Shown: positions 11,047-22,334 of the stretch, piece by piece | Position numbering within the stretch: the stretch's first letter is position 1 | Layout of the letters: each line of letters starts with the position of its first letter | Sequence record: SRR22947727_633 | DNA: 63,223 bases | Direction: 5' to 3' (one strand) | Notes under the pieces: generated by a model | Told to the model about the DNA's origin: nothing | What the model saw: only the letters and a program-made list of their open reading frames with translations | Database searches by the model: none | Program-made: the position numbers and the translations under genes

Positions 11047-11160
11047 GTGTGATTTCTCCTACTTGGCAGTTATATAGAGTGACTATTTCACAAGACTTTA
11101 AGTCTTTGTGCTATTTTTAAAATCTACTTAATTATCTGCTGTGTATTTAGAGGAATTTAT

Positions 11161-11168
11161 TACTTTTG
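11161..11168 (+). promoter_or_regulatory. Bacteroidota -7 promoter element (TACTTTTG) of the his operon
   Basis: TAnnTTTG ending 10 nt upstream of the leader ATG. Confidence 0.6.
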
Positions 11169-11178
11169 TACTTTAATT

Positions 11179-11232
11179 ATGACACAAACACATACACATC
11201 ATCATTTTATATACTGCGCTCAGGCGAGGTAA
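11179..11232 (+). CDS. hisL: his operon leader peptide MTQTHTHHHFIYCAQAR
   Basis: 17-codon ORF with 4 His (CAT) codons, three of them consecutive, directly upstream of a terminator and hisG. Confidence 0.85.
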   Translation: MTQTHTHHHFIYCAQAR

Positions 11233-11261
11233 TGATGTATTGTTGTTAAACAACCATATTG

Positions 11262-11298
11262 AAACCCGTTTGAGCAATCAAACGGGTTTTTATTTTTT
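11262..11298 (+). terminator. his attenuator terminator
   Basis: AAACCCGTTTGA-GCAA-TCAAACGGGTTT plus T-rich tail; its 5' arm can pair alternatively with GCTCAGGCGAGGT (11218-11230). Confidence 0.88.
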
Positions 11299-11310
11299 AT
11301 TTAAATAATT

Positions 11311-12171
11311 ATGAACAACAGACTTAAAATTGCGATTCAAAAGAGCGGCCGTTTACACGACGACTCTATTGATCTATTAAAGGCATGTGGGATTTCTATA
11401 GACAATGGTAAAGACCAGTTAAAAGCCATGGCCAGAAATTTTGATCTAGAAGTTTTTTACCTCAGAAATGGTGATATTCCTCAATACCTCAAAGACGGTG
11501 TAGTAGATATTGCTATTATTGGGGAGAATGTGCTCATAGAAAAAGGGGCTGGTATTGCCATTGCAGAGAAATTAGGCTTCTCTAAATGCAAAGTATCTAT
11601 GGCCATTCCTAAAGAAGTACCTTATAATGGTGTAAAGGATTTTGACGGCATTAAGATCGCTACTTCCTACCCTAACACCGTACAAGCTTATCTTAATAAA
11701 AACGGTATTAAAGCAGATATTCACCTGATTAATGGCTCTGTGGAGATTGCCCCTAATATTGGTTTAGCAGACGCAATATGTGACATTGTTTCAAGTGGCA
11801 GCACCTTGTTTAAAAACAACCTTAAGGAGGTAGACGTTATTTTGAAAAGTGAAGCTGTATTGGCTGTTTCACCTGAATTGCCAAGCGATTTAACACCAAT
11901 TTTAGAAAAATTGGTGTTTAGGATTAAAGCAGTTCTAAGAGCAAGAGAGTCAAAGTATGTTTTATTAAATGTACCCAATGAAAAATTGGAGGCAGTTTTA
12001 AATATACTTCCTGGAATGAAAAGCCCAACGGTTTTGCCTTTGGCAGAAGAGGGCTGGAGTTCCGTGCATACCGTTATTCAAAAAGATTCCTTCTGGGAGG
12101 TTATTGACCTTTTAAAATTAGCAGGAGCAGAAAGTATTTTAGTTTGTCCAATAGAAAAAATGGTCCTGTAA
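11311..12171 (+). CDS. hisG: ATP phosphoribosyltransferase (long form)
   Basis: IAIQKSGRL, IATSYP, GSVEIAP, DIVSSGSTL. Confidence 0.97.
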   Translation: MNNRLKIAIQKSGRLHDDSIDLLKACGISIDNGKDQLKAMARNFDLEVFYLRNGDIPQYLKDGVVDIAIIGENVLIEKGAGIAIAEKLGFSKCKVSMAIPKEVPYNGVKDFDGIKIATSYPNTVQAYLNKNGIKADIHLINGSVEIAPNIGLADAICDIVSSGSTLFKNNLKEVDVILKSEAVLAVSPELPSDLTPILEKLVFRIKAVLRARESKYVLLNVPNEKLEAVLNILPGMKSPTVLPLAEEGWSSVHTVIQKDSFWEVIDLLKLAGAESILVCPIEKMVL

Positions 12172-12173
12172 TT

Positions 12174-13466
12174 ATGAATGTGTATAAAAATCCCCCAAAG
12201 GAGCAATGGGTAGGTATTCTCAAGAGACCTACAGCAACTTATCAAGATATTGAACCTGTGGTCTCAGATGTTTTTGAGCAAGTTAAAGCCCATGGAGATC
12301 ACGCAATAGCGCAATACACTGAAAAATTTGACGCTGTATTACTAAGTGATTTTAAGGTGTCTGCTGCAGAAATAGCGGCTGCTAAAGCGCAATTAGCGCC
12401 TGAGTTACAACTAGCAATTATACAAGCGAAAGAGCAGATTACTGCTTTTCACCAAGCACAAATCACGCCAAAGGTATCTGTTGAAAACATTAAAGGGGTG
12501 CACTGCTGGCAGGAAAAAAGGCCTATTGAAAAAGTTGGTATTTATATACCAGGGGGATCTGCACCACTATTTTCTACCATATTAATGCTGGCTATACCTG
12601 CACAAATTGCCGGTTGCAAAGAGATTGTTTTGTGTACTCCTCCAAATAAATCAGGAGCGATTCACCCAGCCATATTATTTACAGCAGCCTTATGCGGGCT
12701 TACTAAATTATATAAAATTGGCGGTATTCAAGCGATTGCAGCCATGACTTTTGGCACACAGCAGGTGCCAAAAGTGTATAAAATTTTTGGTCCAGGAAAT
12801 CAATTTGTTACTGTAGCCAAACAATGGGCCACTAGATATGATGTTGCTATAGATATGCCGGCAGGTCCAAGTGAACTATTGGTCATGGCAGACCAAACGG
12901 CTAAAGCGTCTTATATAGCTTCAGATTTACTATCACAAGCAGAGCACGGAACCGACAGCCAGGTAATTTTTGTTACAACATACCCGCCTTTAATAGAAGC
13001 TGTAACGCTTGAATTAGAAAAGCAATGTGCCCTTTTGCCTAGACAAGATATTGCGAGTAAAGCCCTAGAGAACAGTAAGATGATTTTACTAGAAACCAAA
13101 GAAGCCGCGGTAACACTAATTAATCAATATGCACCTGAACACTATATTTTATGCGTGTCAGAAGAAGCTTTTTATTTAGATCATTTAACAGCTGCAGGTT
13201 CTGTTTTTATTGGAAACTATAGTCCTGAAAGTGCAGGTGACTATGCCTCAGGCACCAACCACACTTTACCTACAAACGGATACGCAAGACAATATAGTGG
13301 GGTTAATTTAGACGCCTTTCTAAACAGTATTAGCTTTCAGAAACTAAGTGCTCAAGGATTACAAGCGTTGGGCACTAGTATTGAACTTATGGCTGCTGCA
13401 GAAGGTTTAGATGCGCATAAAAATGCGGTAACTATTCGCTTAAATGATTTGAGAGATGGGAAGTAA
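12174..13466 (+). CDS. hisD: Histidinol dehydrogenase
   Basis: GIYIPGG, GPGNQFV, IDMPAGPSE, LSQAEH, GDYASGTNHTLPT; start moved to MNVYK at 12174. Confidence 0.96.
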   Translation: MNVYKNPPKEQWVGILKRPTATYQDIEPVVSDVFEQVKAHGDHAIAQYTEKFDAVLLSDFKVSAAEIAAAKAQLAPELQLAIIQAKEQITAFHQAQITPKVSVENIKGVHCWQEKRPIEKVGIYIPGGSAPLFSTILMLAIPAQIAGCKEIVLCTPPNKSGAIHPAILFTAALCGLTKLYKIGGIQAIAAMTFGTQQVPKVYKIFGPGNQFVTVAKQWATRYDVAIDMPAGPSELLVMADQTAKASYIASDLLSQAEHGTDSQVIFVTTYPPLIEAVTLELEKQCALLPRQDIASKALENSKMILLETKEAAVTLINQYAPEHYILCVSEEAFYLDHLTAAGSVFIGNYSPESAGDYASGTNHTLPTNGYARQYSGVNLDAFLNSISFQKLSAQGLQALGTSIELMAAAEGLDAHKNAVTIRLNDLRDGK

Positions 13467-14508
13467 CAACAAATTCAACCCTTTAAATCTTTGCAGAGAG
13501 AATGTGAAATTACTCGCTCCTTACACCTCTGCAAGGGATGAATACGTGTCTAATGGAAATAAGATGATATTTCTAGACGCTAATGAGAATCCAAATGAAA
13601 CAGGCGCAAACAGGTATCCAGACCCATTGCAAAGGTCACTTCGCACAGAAATAGCTATTTTAAAAAATGTAACTGAAAATCAATTGTTATTTGGTAATGG
13701 TAGTGATGAAGTACTGGATTTATTGTTTCGTGCGTTTTGTGAGCCAAATAAAGACGCTGTAATTACTTTTCCACCAACTTATGGCATGTATGGGGTTCTT
13801 GCGGCTATTAATAGTGTTCAGGTTCATGAAATACCACTGACCACCTCTTTTAACATAGACATAGAAGGGTATAGAAAAAAGCAGTATTCGAAGGCAAAAA
13901 TATTATTTATTTGCAGCCCTAACAATCCAAGCGGTAACCTTATGGATTCTATGCATGTAGAAGAGATTCTTCAGACTTTTGATGGTTTGGTTGTGGCAGA
14001 TGAGGCCTATATAGATTTTACAGAATCCCAAAGTTGGTCCAATAGACTTTTAGAATTCCCAAATCTTGTGGTGATACAAACACTTTCTAAGGCCTATGGC
14101 TTAGCAGGGATAAGACTGGGCATGCTCATGGCTTCAGATCAAATCATTAGCATTTTACAGAAAATAAAGCCGCCTTACAACGTCAATGAGCTCACCCAAT
14201 TGAAAGCGTTGGAGCGATTGGCTCAAAAAGAACGCATCCAAAAAGAGGTCCGTGAAATTATTGTTGAAAGGAAGCGTCTTGAAAATGCTTTAAAACTCAT
14301 GCCCTTTGTAAAAGAAATATTTCCCTCAGAGGCCAATTTTGTTTTGGTCCGAGTAGATCAGGCAGACCAAAGTTATGCCCAATTACTAGATCAGGGGATT
14401 GTGGTTAGAAATAGGTCCAAACAACTCCATTGTGAAAATACTTTAAGGTTTACCATAGGTACTCCAAATGAAAATAATACACTCATAGAAACCCTTAATA
14501 AATTGTGA
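13456..14508 (+). CDS. hisC: Histidinol-phosphate aminotransferase
   Basis: [38 protein letters not shown]. Confidence 0.96.
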   Translation: MGSNNKFNPLNLCRENVKLLAPYTSARDEYVSNGNKMIFLDANENPNETGANRYPDPLQRSLRTEIAILKNVTENQLLFGNGSDEVLDLLFRAFCEPNKDAVITFPPTYGMYGVLAAINSVQVHEIPLTTSFNIDIEGYRKKQYSKAKILFICSPNNPSGNLMDSMHVEEILQTFDGLVVADEAYIDFTESQSWSNRLLEFPNLVVIQTLSKAYGLAGIRLGMLMASDQIISILQKIKPPYNVNELTQLKALERLAQKERIQKEVREIIVERKRLENALKLMPFVKEIFPSEANFVLVRVDQADQSYAQLLDQGIVVRNRSKQLHCENTLRFTIGTPNENNTLIETLNKL

Positions 14509-15641
14509 TGAAAAAATTACTATTTATAGATAGAGACGGCACCCTAATCAAGGAACCTGCAGATTATCAAATAGACGCTTTTGAGAAATTAGTCTTTTAT
14601 CCATATGTTTTTCAATATCTAGCTAAGATTGCTAGAGAACTGGATTTTGAGCTTGTAATGGTGTCCAATCAAGATGGCTTGGGAACCGATTCATTTCCAG
14701 AAAATACCTTTTGGCCGGTTCAAAATTTTATAATAGACAGTTTTGAAAGGGAAGGCGTTGTGTTTTCTGAGGTCATTATAGACAAAACCTTTGCCAGTGA
14801 AAATGCACCTACCAGAAAGCCAGGTACGGCCTTACTTGCTGCTTACATGGATGGCTCTTATGATTTAGGTAATTCTTTTGTTATTGGTGACAGAATAACA
14901 GATGTGGCTTTGGCAAAAAACCTTGGAGCCAAAGCTATTTTTATGCGTCAGGAAGTGGGTCTTGGAGGAGAAGAACTCGCTGAGAGCCAGAAAGACTTAG
15001 AAGATTTTATTGTACTTGAAACAACAGAGTGGAGTAAGATATACAGTTTTTTAAGGGCAGGGGAACGCAAGGTTACGCTGGAAAGAAATACGCATGAAAC
15101 CCAAATATCTATTGGTATAGATCTTGACGGCAAAGGTGCTTCAAATATCCAAACAGGGATTCATTTCTTTGATCATATGTTAGACCAATTATCCAGACAC
15201 GGACTGATAGATTTAGATATTACAGTTAAAGGGGACTTGGCCGTAGACGAGCACCACACCATAGAAGACACCGCTATTGCGCTAGGAGAAGCTTTCCATA
15301 AGGCATTAGGAAACAAGCTTGGGGTTGAGCGATATGGTTTTTGCTTGCCTATGGATGACTGTCAAGCTCAAGTTTCTATAGATTTTGGTGGTAGAAACTG
15401 GTTGGTATGGGATGCTGAATTTAACCGAGAAATGATCGGTAAAATGCCTACAGAAATGTTTATGCATTTTTTCAAATCCTTTTCAGATGGTGCAAAAGCA
15501 AATTTGAATATTCAAGCGACTGGACAAAATGAACACCACAAGATAGAGGCTATTTTTAAAGCTTTTGCTAAGGCCATTAAAATGGCTATAAAAAGAGACC
15601 CCGACAAATTATTTTTACCATCTACTAAAGGCGTATTGTAA
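14505..15641 (+). CDS. hisB: Bifunctional histidinol-phosphatase / imidazoleglycerol-phosphate dehydratase
   Basis: [11 protein letters not shown] motif; DEHHTIED and NEHHKIEA motifs. Confidence 0.96.
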   Translation: MMKKLLFIDRDGTLIKEPADYQIDAFEKLVFYPYVFQYLAKIARELDFELVMVSNQDGLGTDSFPENTFWPVQNFIIDSFEREGVVFSEVIIDKTFASENAPTRKPGTALLAAYMDGSYDLGNSFVIGDRITDVALAKNLGAKAIFMRQEVGLGGEELAESQKDLEDFIVLETTEWSKIYSFLRAGERKVTLERNTHETQISIGIDLDGKGASNIQTGIHFFDHMLDQLSRHGLIDLDITVKGDLAVDEHHTIEDTAIALGEAFHKALGNKLGVERYGFCLPMDDCQAQVSIDFGGRNWLVWDAEFNREMIGKMPTEMFMHFFKSFSDGAKANLNIQATGQNEHHKIEAIFKAFAKAIKMAIKRDPDKLFLPSTKGVL

Positions 15642-16222
15642 TGAATGTAGTGATTGTAGATTATGGCGCAGGGAATATTCAAAGTGTATTATTTGCCCTT
15701 GAAAGACAAGGGGTCAAGGCGGTGCTTTCCAATGAATTAGAAGTCATTGAAAAAGCCGACAAAGTAATTTTCCCAGGCGTAGGACATGCTGCGGCAGCCA
15801 TGGAAAAGTTACAAGCTAGCGGTATAGATATTTTACTTCCAAGATTGAAGCAACCACTGTTGGGTATATGCTTGGGCATGCAGCTTATGTGCAGCCATTC
15901 AGAAGAGGGCAATACCAATGGTTTAGGGATTTTTGATGTGGAAGTGATAGCATTTGAAAAGAATCTAAAGGTGCCTCATATAGGATGGAATAGTATTGAA
16001 CAACTGCAAGGACCTATTTTTAAGGGGATTGACAATGGGTCATATATTTATATGGTGCATTCTTATTACGCCGCTTTATCTAGTGAAACCATAGCGGTTT
16101 GTCATTATGATGTAGCATACAGTGCCGCTTTGGCCAAAGACAATTTTTTTGGTACACAGTTTCACCCTGAAAAAAGCAGTGTGATTGGAAATAAAATTTT
16201 AAAAAACTTTTTAGCCATTTAA
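15641..16222 (+). CDS. hisH: IGP synthase glutaminase subunit
   Basis: DYGAGN, GICLGMQ, QFHPEKS. Confidence 0.96.
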   Translation: MNVVIVDYGAGNIQSVLFALERQGVKAVLSNELEVIEKADKVIFPGVGHAAAAMEKLQASGIDILLPRLKQPLLGICLGMQLMCSHSEEGNTNGLGIFDVEVIAFEKNLKVPHIGWNSIEQLQGPIFKGIDNGSYIYMVHSYYAALSSETIAVCHYDVAYSAALAKDNFFGTQFHPEKSSVIGNKILKNFLAI

Positions 16223-16223
16223 T

Positions 16224-16958
16224 ATGAGAATTATACCCGCTATAGATATTATTGATGGTCAGTGTGTGAGACTTTCAAAAGGAGATTATAGCACCGCAAA
16301 AATTTATTCTAACGATCCTTTAGAAATGGCTAAAGCCTTTCAAGACCACGGGGTAGAATACCTTCATTTGGTAGATCTTGATGGCGCTAAATCTCACGGT
16401 ATTGTCAATCATAAAGTATTGGAAAAAATAGCCACAAAAACAAATTTAAAAATTGATTTTGGTGGTGGACTAAAAACAGATCAAGACCTTAAAATTGCTT
16501 TTGAATCTGGAGCAAAACAAATTACTGGTGGAAGTATAGCTATTAAAGATCCAGCTACTTTTTTGTCTTGGATCGAAACCTATGGCGCCCATCGTATTAT
16601 ATTAGGCGCAGACGCTGCCAATGAAAAAATAGCCATCTCTGGATGGTTAGAAACCTCTTCAGAAGATTTAATCCCATATGTAAGTAATTTTATGGCAAGA
16701 GGTATTACTGATGTCATCTGTACAGACATTTCTAAAGACGGTATGTTGGCAGGTCCTTCTATTGCATTGTATGAGAAAATGATCAGTAGACTCAATGGAA
16801 TTAAACTTATTGCAAGTGGTGGTGTAGCGGAGCTTCAGGACCTGCATGATCTTAAAGCTGTTGGCTGTGACGCAGCCATTGTTGGAAAAGCCATTTATGA
16901 ATACAGGATTTCTTTAAAAGAAATAGAACAGTTCATTTTAAATACCTCCTCATGTTAA
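16224..16958 (+). CDS. hisA: ProFAR isomerase
   Basis: [29 protein letters not shown]. Confidence 0.96.
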   Translation: MRIIPAIDIIDGQCVRLSKGDYSTAKIYSNDPLEMAKAFQDHGVEYLHLVDLDGAKSHGIVNHKVLEKIATKTNLKIDFGGGLKTDQDLKIAFESGAKQITGGSIAIKDPATFLSWIETYGAHRIILGADAANEKIAISGWLETSSEDLIPYVSNFMARGITDVICTDISKDGMLAGPSIALYEKMISRLNGIKLIASGGVAELQDLHDLKAVGCDAAIVGKAIYEYRISLKEIEQFILNTSSC

Positions 16959-17707
16959 CAAAGAGAATTATTCCTTGTTTGGATATTAAAGATGGACGCA
17001 CCGTAAAGGGTGTTAACTTTGTTTCACTCAGAGATGCAGGGGACCCAGTTGAATTGGCTGCCAAATATGCCGCTACTGGTGCAGATGAGCTGGTGTTTTT
17101 AGACATATCTGCTACAGAGCAGGGAAGAAAAACCATGGCAGATTTAGTGCTAAAAGTAGCTGCTACGGTAGACATTCCTTTTACTGTTGGGGGAGGAATA
17201 AGCAGTGTTGCAGATGTAGACATACTCCTTAAGAATGGGGCAGATAAAGTATCCATTAATTCGTCGGCCGTGAGGCGCCCAGAGCTTATTAAAGAATTAT
17301 CGCAAGCTTTTGGTGCGCAGTGTGTGGTAGTAGCCATAGATGCAAAAAAAATTGGGGGTCAATGGTTGGTTCATTTAGTGGGGGGTAAACAGGCTACCAA
17401 GCTAGATTTATTTGACTGGGCCAAGCAAATAGAACAACTCGGTGCTGGAGAAATTCTATTTACTTCTATGGACCATGATGGTACAAAAGGTGGTTTTGCG
17501 AATGAAGCCCTAGCAAAAATGGCGGAATGCGTAAATATTCCTATTATTGCCTCTGGAGGTGCTGGGAACATGGAAGATTTTTATAATGCCTTTACCTTCG
17601 GTAAAGCCGATGCCGCTTTAGCAGCCAGTATTTTTCATTACGGGGAAGTTGAAATCCCAGAATTAAAAGCATTTCTAAAAGATAAAAAGATACCAATTAG
17701 GTTATAA
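16952..17707 (+). CDS. hisF: IGP synthase cyclase subunit
   Basis: [32 protein letters not shown]. Confidence 0.97.
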   Translation: MLTKRIIPCLDIKDGRTVKGVNFVSLRDAGDPVELAAKYAATGADELVFLDISATEQGRKTMADLVLKVAATVDIPFTVGGGISSVADVDILLKNGADKVSINSSAVRRPELIKELSQAFGAQCVVVAIDAKKIGGQWLVHLVGGKQATKLDLFDWAKQIEQLGAGEILFTSMDHDGTKGGFANEALAKMAECVNIPIIASGGAGNMEDFYNAFTFGKADAALAASIFHYGEVEIPELKAFLKDKKIPIRL

Positions 17708-17716
17708 AAGAATGTT

Positions 17717-18316
17717 ATGAAAGTAGATTTTTCAAAAAACACAGACGGTTTAGTTCCCGCGATTATACAAGATGCCACAACAAAAAATGTATTGATGTTG
17801 GGTTATATGAATGAATCTGCCTTGGTGCAAACCCAGCAATCAAATAAAGTCACCTTTTATAGTCGCACTAAAAAAAGACTATGGACTAAAGGAGAGGAGA
17901 GTGGGAATTTCTTGAATGTGGTAGATATTGTTTTAGATTGCGATAGTGATACCTTATTGATACAGGTAAATCCCCAGGGACCGACCTGTCATACTGGATC
18001 AGATACTTGTTGGAATAAAGAGAACAAGCCATCTTATGGATTTTTGTCCACTTTAGAAAATACCATTGTCACAAGAGTAGCTAATGGAAATTCAGAGGAT
18101 AGTTATGTAGCGAGTTTATTTGATAAAGGTATTCATAAAATTGCCCAAAAAGTAGGAGAGGAAGCTGTTGAAGTAGTGATTGAAGCTATGGATAATAATA
18201 AGCAATTATTTTTAGAAGAATCTGCTGATTTATTGTTTCATTACCTCATGCTGCTGCATGCAAAAGAGACTAGTCTAGATGAAGTTGTTCAACTTTTAGC
18301 CTCTAGACAGAAATGA
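17717..18316 (+). CDS. hisIE: Bifunctional PR-AMP cyclohydrolase / PR-ATP pyrophosphatase
   Basis: LWTKGEESG, DCDSDTLL, CHTG, QKVGEEAVE. Confidence 0.96.
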   Translation: MKVDFSKNTDGLVPAIIQDATTKNVLMLGYMNESALVQTQQSNKVTFYSRTKKRLWTKGEESGNFLNVVDIVLDCDSDTLLIQVNPQGPTCHTGSDTCWNKENKPSYGFLSTLENTIVTRVANGNSEDSYVASLFDKGIHKIAQKVGEEAVEVVIEAMDNNKQLFLEESADLLFHYLMLLHAKETSLDEVVQLLASRQK

Positions 18317-18382
18317 TCTTAAACGCTTTTTAATTCCTATCAAAAGCCTTTATAATATGTAGGATTTGTAGTATTTTTAGAT

Positions 18383-19537
18383 ATGACAAATCGCAATAAT
18401 AATGGATTCCGTTTTACGCCCTATAAAGCGCCCCATCTAACTCCTTTTGAGCGGCTTTTTGACATATTCAAAGAACTCATCACCCATACTTCTGGTGATT
18501 TTGATGAAGCCATTGATTGGCTCAGAGAGCTCGATAAAGAATATGAGCTCACTACGCCTGATTATTCTATTGATGATTTTATTGAGGAACTTAAATCTAA
18601 AGGTTATGTTCAAGAAGCCTTAGAACCCTCTGATCCAGATAATCCTGGAGAAAATGCAGATGAATCTGCTAAGAGGGTTGTCTCACTCACAGCCAAGATG
18701 GAAAGATTAATTAGACAACACGCTTTGGATCAAATATTTGGCACGCTTAAAAAAGCAGGTTCTGGAAATCATAAAACACCAAAAATTGGAATGGGCGAGG
18801 AGCCTTCTGGAGACCTGCGTGCCTTTCAATTTGGAGATCCTATGTCTAGTATAGATATTACGGAGAGTTTTAAAAACGCACAGATCAATAATGGGGTTGG
18901 TTCTTTTGAATTAAGAGAAGAAGACCTTGTGGTCAAAGAGTCCCATCATGCCGCTCAAATGAGTACTGTTTTAATGATTGATATTAGCCATAGCATGATA
19001 CTTTATGGTGAGGATAGGATTACTCCAGCCAAAAAAGTAGCCATGGCATTAGCGGAAATGATTACCACCCGCTATCCTAAAGATACTTTAGAAATTCTTG
19101 TATTTGGCAATGACGCTTGGCCTATTTCTGTGGCAGATTTACCCTATCTTAAAGTGGGGCCATTCCATACCAATACTGTTGCTGGATTGTCTTTAGCCAT
19201 GGATATGTTAAGGAGAAAGAGAAATACCAACAAACAAATATTTATGATTACAGACGGGAAACCGAGTTGCTTAAAACTCAAGGATGGTTCCTATTATAAA
19301 AACTCTGCTGGACTAGACCAACATATCGTAGACCAATGTTATAAAATGGCACGTCAAGCCCATAAAGTTAACATACCTATTACGACATTTATGATTGCAC
19401 AAGATCCGTATCTCATGCAGTTTATTCAAGAATTTACTGCAGCAAATAAAGGAAAAGCCTTTTACACAGGATTGAAAGGACTTGGAGGAATGATATTTGA
19501 AGACTACGAAAATAACAGAAAAAAAAGAATTCGATAA
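18383..19537 (+). CDS. von Willebrand factor A domain protein
   Basis: MIDAS motif DISHSM, TNT, MITDG. Confidence 0.85.
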   Translation: MTNRNNNGFRFTPYKAPHLTPFERLFDIFKELITHTSGDFDEAIDWLRELDKEYELTTPDYSIDDFIEELKSKGYVQEALEPSDPDNPGENADESAKRVVSLTAKMERLIRQHALDQIFGTLKKAGSGNHKTPKIGMGEEPSGDLRAFQFGDPMSSIDITESFKNAQINNGVGSFELREEDLVVKESHHAAQMSTVLMIDISHSMILYGEDRITPAKKVAMALAEMITTRYPKDTLEILVFGNDAWPISVADLPYLKVGPFHTNTVAGLSLAMDMLRRKRNTNKQIFMITDGKPSCLKLKDGSYYKNSAGLDQHIVDQCYKMARQAHKVNIPITTFMIAQDPYLMQFIQEFTAANKGKAFYTGLKGLGGMIFEDYENNRKKRIR

Positions 19538-20992
19538 ATGGAAGTAACGACTATAAAAACCTTAGGTGAATTAAAGCAATTTGGCTATGCTTCAAGATCT
19601 ATTAAAGTAGAACTTAGAGAGAACTTAATTGCGCATTTAAAAAATAAAACAACCCCTTTTACGGGTGTTATAGGCTATGAAAACACAGTGCTTCCAGAGT
19701 TAGAACGCGCTATTCTATCTATGCATAATATTAATTTATTAGGCCTAAGAGGACAAGCAAAAACAAGGATTGCTAGGGCTATGGTTAATTTATTAGATCC
19801 ATTTATTCCTGTAGTGAGTGGTTCTGAAATTAACGATGACCCACTGCAACCCATCTCAAAATTTGCTATAGATTTAATCGCAGAAATGGCCGACAAAACA
19901 CCCATTAGCTGGTTGGCTAGAGAAGAGCGTTTTTTCGAGAAATTAGCTACTCCGGATGTGAGTGTTTCCGATTTGATTGGGGATATAGACCCTATTAAAG
20001 CAGCCAACTTAAAATTGTCTTATGCAGATCCTAGGGTATTGCACTTTGGTATGATTCCAAGAGCAAACAGGTGTATTTTTGTCATTAACGAATTACCAGA
20101 TCTCCAGGCTAGAATTCAAGTTTCCCTGTTTAATATTTTACAAGAGGGAGATATTCAAATCAGGGGATTTAAATTGAGATTGCCCATAGACATACAATGT
20201 GTTTTTACAGCAAATCCTGAAGATTATACCAACAGAGGTAGTATAGTTACGCCATTAAAGGATAGAATTGGTTCTCAAATATTGACCCACTATCCTAAAG
20301 ATATTGAAACGGCTAAAAAAATTACAGCCCAAGAATCAAGACAGCAAATATTACCTATTAAAGTACCTGAGTTGGCTAGAGATTTATTGGAGCAAATTTC
20401 TTTTGAGGCCAGAGAAAGTGATTATATTGACGCAAAGAGTGGGGTAAGTGCCAGAATGAGCATTACTGCTTTTCAAAATTTAATGAGTACGGCAGAAAGA
20501 AGGCTTTTACTCTCAGATGAAGAAAGTACCACCATCAGACTATCTGACTTTACCGGTATTTATCCTGCCATTACCGGAAAAGTCGAATTGGTTTATGAAG
20601 GTGAACAAGAAGGGGCAGATTTTGTAGCCCAAAACTTGTTAGAATCTGCTATTAAAACTTTATTTGACGCCCGTTTTCCTAAAATTAAAAAATTAGAGAA
20701 GAAAGATGCTGAGGGACCATACGACCCACTTCTATTATGGTTCTTTGAATCTGAGGGGTTTGAATTATTAGAAGATTTTTCAGACAGTATGTACAGGGAT
20801 CAATTGGATCGAATAACGCCTTTAACAGCATTGTTAAAGGAATATGCTCCTGGAGTAGACAAAGAAACCAATTACTTTTTAAAAGAGTTGGTATTATGGG
20901 GATTGGTCGCTAACAATAAATTAAGTAAACACAGTTTTTCAAACGGAACTGAATTTAAAGACCTTTATGGGTCATACATTAACGGATTATAA
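19538..20992 (+). CDS. MoxR/Mg-chelatase-like AAA+ ATPase
   Basis: Variant Walker A GLRGQAKT, INELPDL, TANP, DRIG; abuts the VWA gene. Confidence 0.82.
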   Translation: MEVTTIKTLGELKQFGYASRSIKVELRENLIAHLKNKTTPFTGVIGYENTVLPELERAILSMHNINLLGLRGQAKTRIARAMVNLLDPFIPVVSGSEINDDPLQPISKFAIDLIAEMADKTPISWLAREERFFEKLATPDVSVSDLIGDIDPIKAANLKLSYADPRVLHFGMIPRANRCIFVINELPDLQARIQVSLFNILQEGDIQIRGFKLRLPIDIQCVFTANPEDYTNRGSIVTPLKDRIGSQILTHYPKDIETAKKITAQESRQQILPIKVPELARDLLEQISFEARESDYIDAKSGVSARMSITAFQNLMSTAERRLLLSDEESTTIRLSDFTGIYPAITGKVELVYEGEQEGADFVAQNLLESAIKTLFDARFPKIKKLEKKDAEGPYDPLLLWFFESEGFELLEDFSDSMYRDQLDRITPLTALLKEYAPGVDKETNYFLKELVLWGLVANNKLSKHSFSNGTEFKDLYGSYINGL

Positions 20993-21003
20993 TTTTAAAT
21001 GTC

Positions 21004-22329
21004 ATGAAAATAAACTTTTACTTCACCGCCCTTTTGTTGGTGCTTTTTCAAAAAGGAATGTCACAAAGTAAAGCTACAGATATTCAGACTTTTACATTGT
21101 CTAATGGCATGAAAATACTGGTCTTAGAAGACAACAGTATTCCTAATGCCAATATGTATTTATTTTGGAAAGTAGGGTCTAGAAATGAATATCCAGGTAT
21201 TACAGGATTGTCTCACTTCTTTGAGCATATGATGTTCAACGGATCTAAAAAATACGGGCCTAAGATGTTCGATAGAACTATGGAAGCGGCTGGAGGAAGT
21301 AATAATGCCTATACTACGGAAAATTTAACTGTTTACACCGACTGGTTTCCCATTAGTGCCTTAGAAACCATTTTTGACCTTGAAGCAGACCGAATAGGGC
21401 ATTTGGATTTAGATCCTAAGATGGTAGAAAGTGAAAGAGGGGTCGTTTTAAGTGAAAGAAGTACCGGTTTAGAAAATAGTAATTTTAGAAATATATCTGA
21501 ACAGGTAAAAGGGGCTGCTTTTTTAGCACACCCCTACAGATGGTCTGTAATTGGTTATGAGTCAGACATTAAAAATTGGTCCATCGAGGACCTTCAGACT
21601 TATTTTGATACTTATTACGCCCCGAACAATGCTGTAGTGGTGATTTCTGGAGATGTGACCTTAAAAGAGGTTAAACGACTTTCTAAGCAATATTTTGAAC
21701 CCATTCCCTCTGGTCCCAAAGCTAGGCCAATTCATACCATTGAACCAGAACAATTGGGTCAAAAGCGTGTAGTTGTTGAGAAACAGGTCAGCAGTCCAAA
21801 TATTATGTTGGCCTATCATGTACCAGAAACTAAGCATGAGGATTATTATGCTTTAGATGTCCTAAGCGCTATTCTTTCTGACGGTAATAGCAGTAGGTTA
21901 TACAGTCAATTAGTAGATCAGAAAACATTGGCCACCTCAGTTTTTTCCTATATGCCTGAAAGCATAGATCCAAACCTCTTTTATTTTTACGGTGTAGCAA
22001 GTCCAGGAACATCCCCTGAGATTTTAGAGGCTGAAATGGTACAAATCATTAGTGATATAGCTCAAAATGGCGTAAGTGAAAGGGAACTTCAAAAGGTTAA
22101 AAATCAAAAGTTAGTGGCTTTATATTCTAGCTTAGAAACCATTGACGGAAAGAGTAACACGTTGGGAACCTACGAAATGTATTTTGGAGATTATAAAAAA
22201 ATGTTCTCAGCACCCCAATCCTATGAACAATTAACTGTTGCAGATATTCAAAGGGTTGCTCAAAAATATTTCACAAAAAACAACAGCACAGTAGGTTACT
22301 TAATGTCTCCTGAAAACAACACAAAATAG
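21004..22329 (+). CDS. M16B zinc peptidase, catalytic subunit, with signal peptide
   Basis: Inverted zinc motif HFFEH, NAYT, ERGVVLSE. Confidence 0.9.
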   Translation: MKINFYFTALLLVLFQKGMSQSKATDIQTFTLSNGMKILVLEDNSIPNANMYLFWKVGSRNEYPGITGLSHFFEHMMFNGSKKYGPKMFDRTMEAAGGSNNAYTTENLTVYTDWFPISALETIFDLEADRIGHLDLDPKMVESERGVVLSERSTGLENSNFRNISEQVKGAAFLAHPYRWSVIGYESDIKNWSIEDLQTYFDTYYAPNNAVVVISGDVTLKEVKRLSKQYFEPIPSGPKARPIHTIEPEQLGQKRVVVEKQVSSPNIMLAYHVPETKHEDYYALDVLSAILSDGNSSRLYSQLVDQKTLATSVFSYMPESIDPNLFYFYGVASPGTSPEILEAEMVQIISDIAQNGVSERELQKVKNQKLVALYSSLETIDGKSNTLGTYEMYFGDYKKMFSAPQSYEQLTVADIQRVAQKYFTKNNSTVGYLMSPENNTK

Positions 22330-22334
22330 TACTT

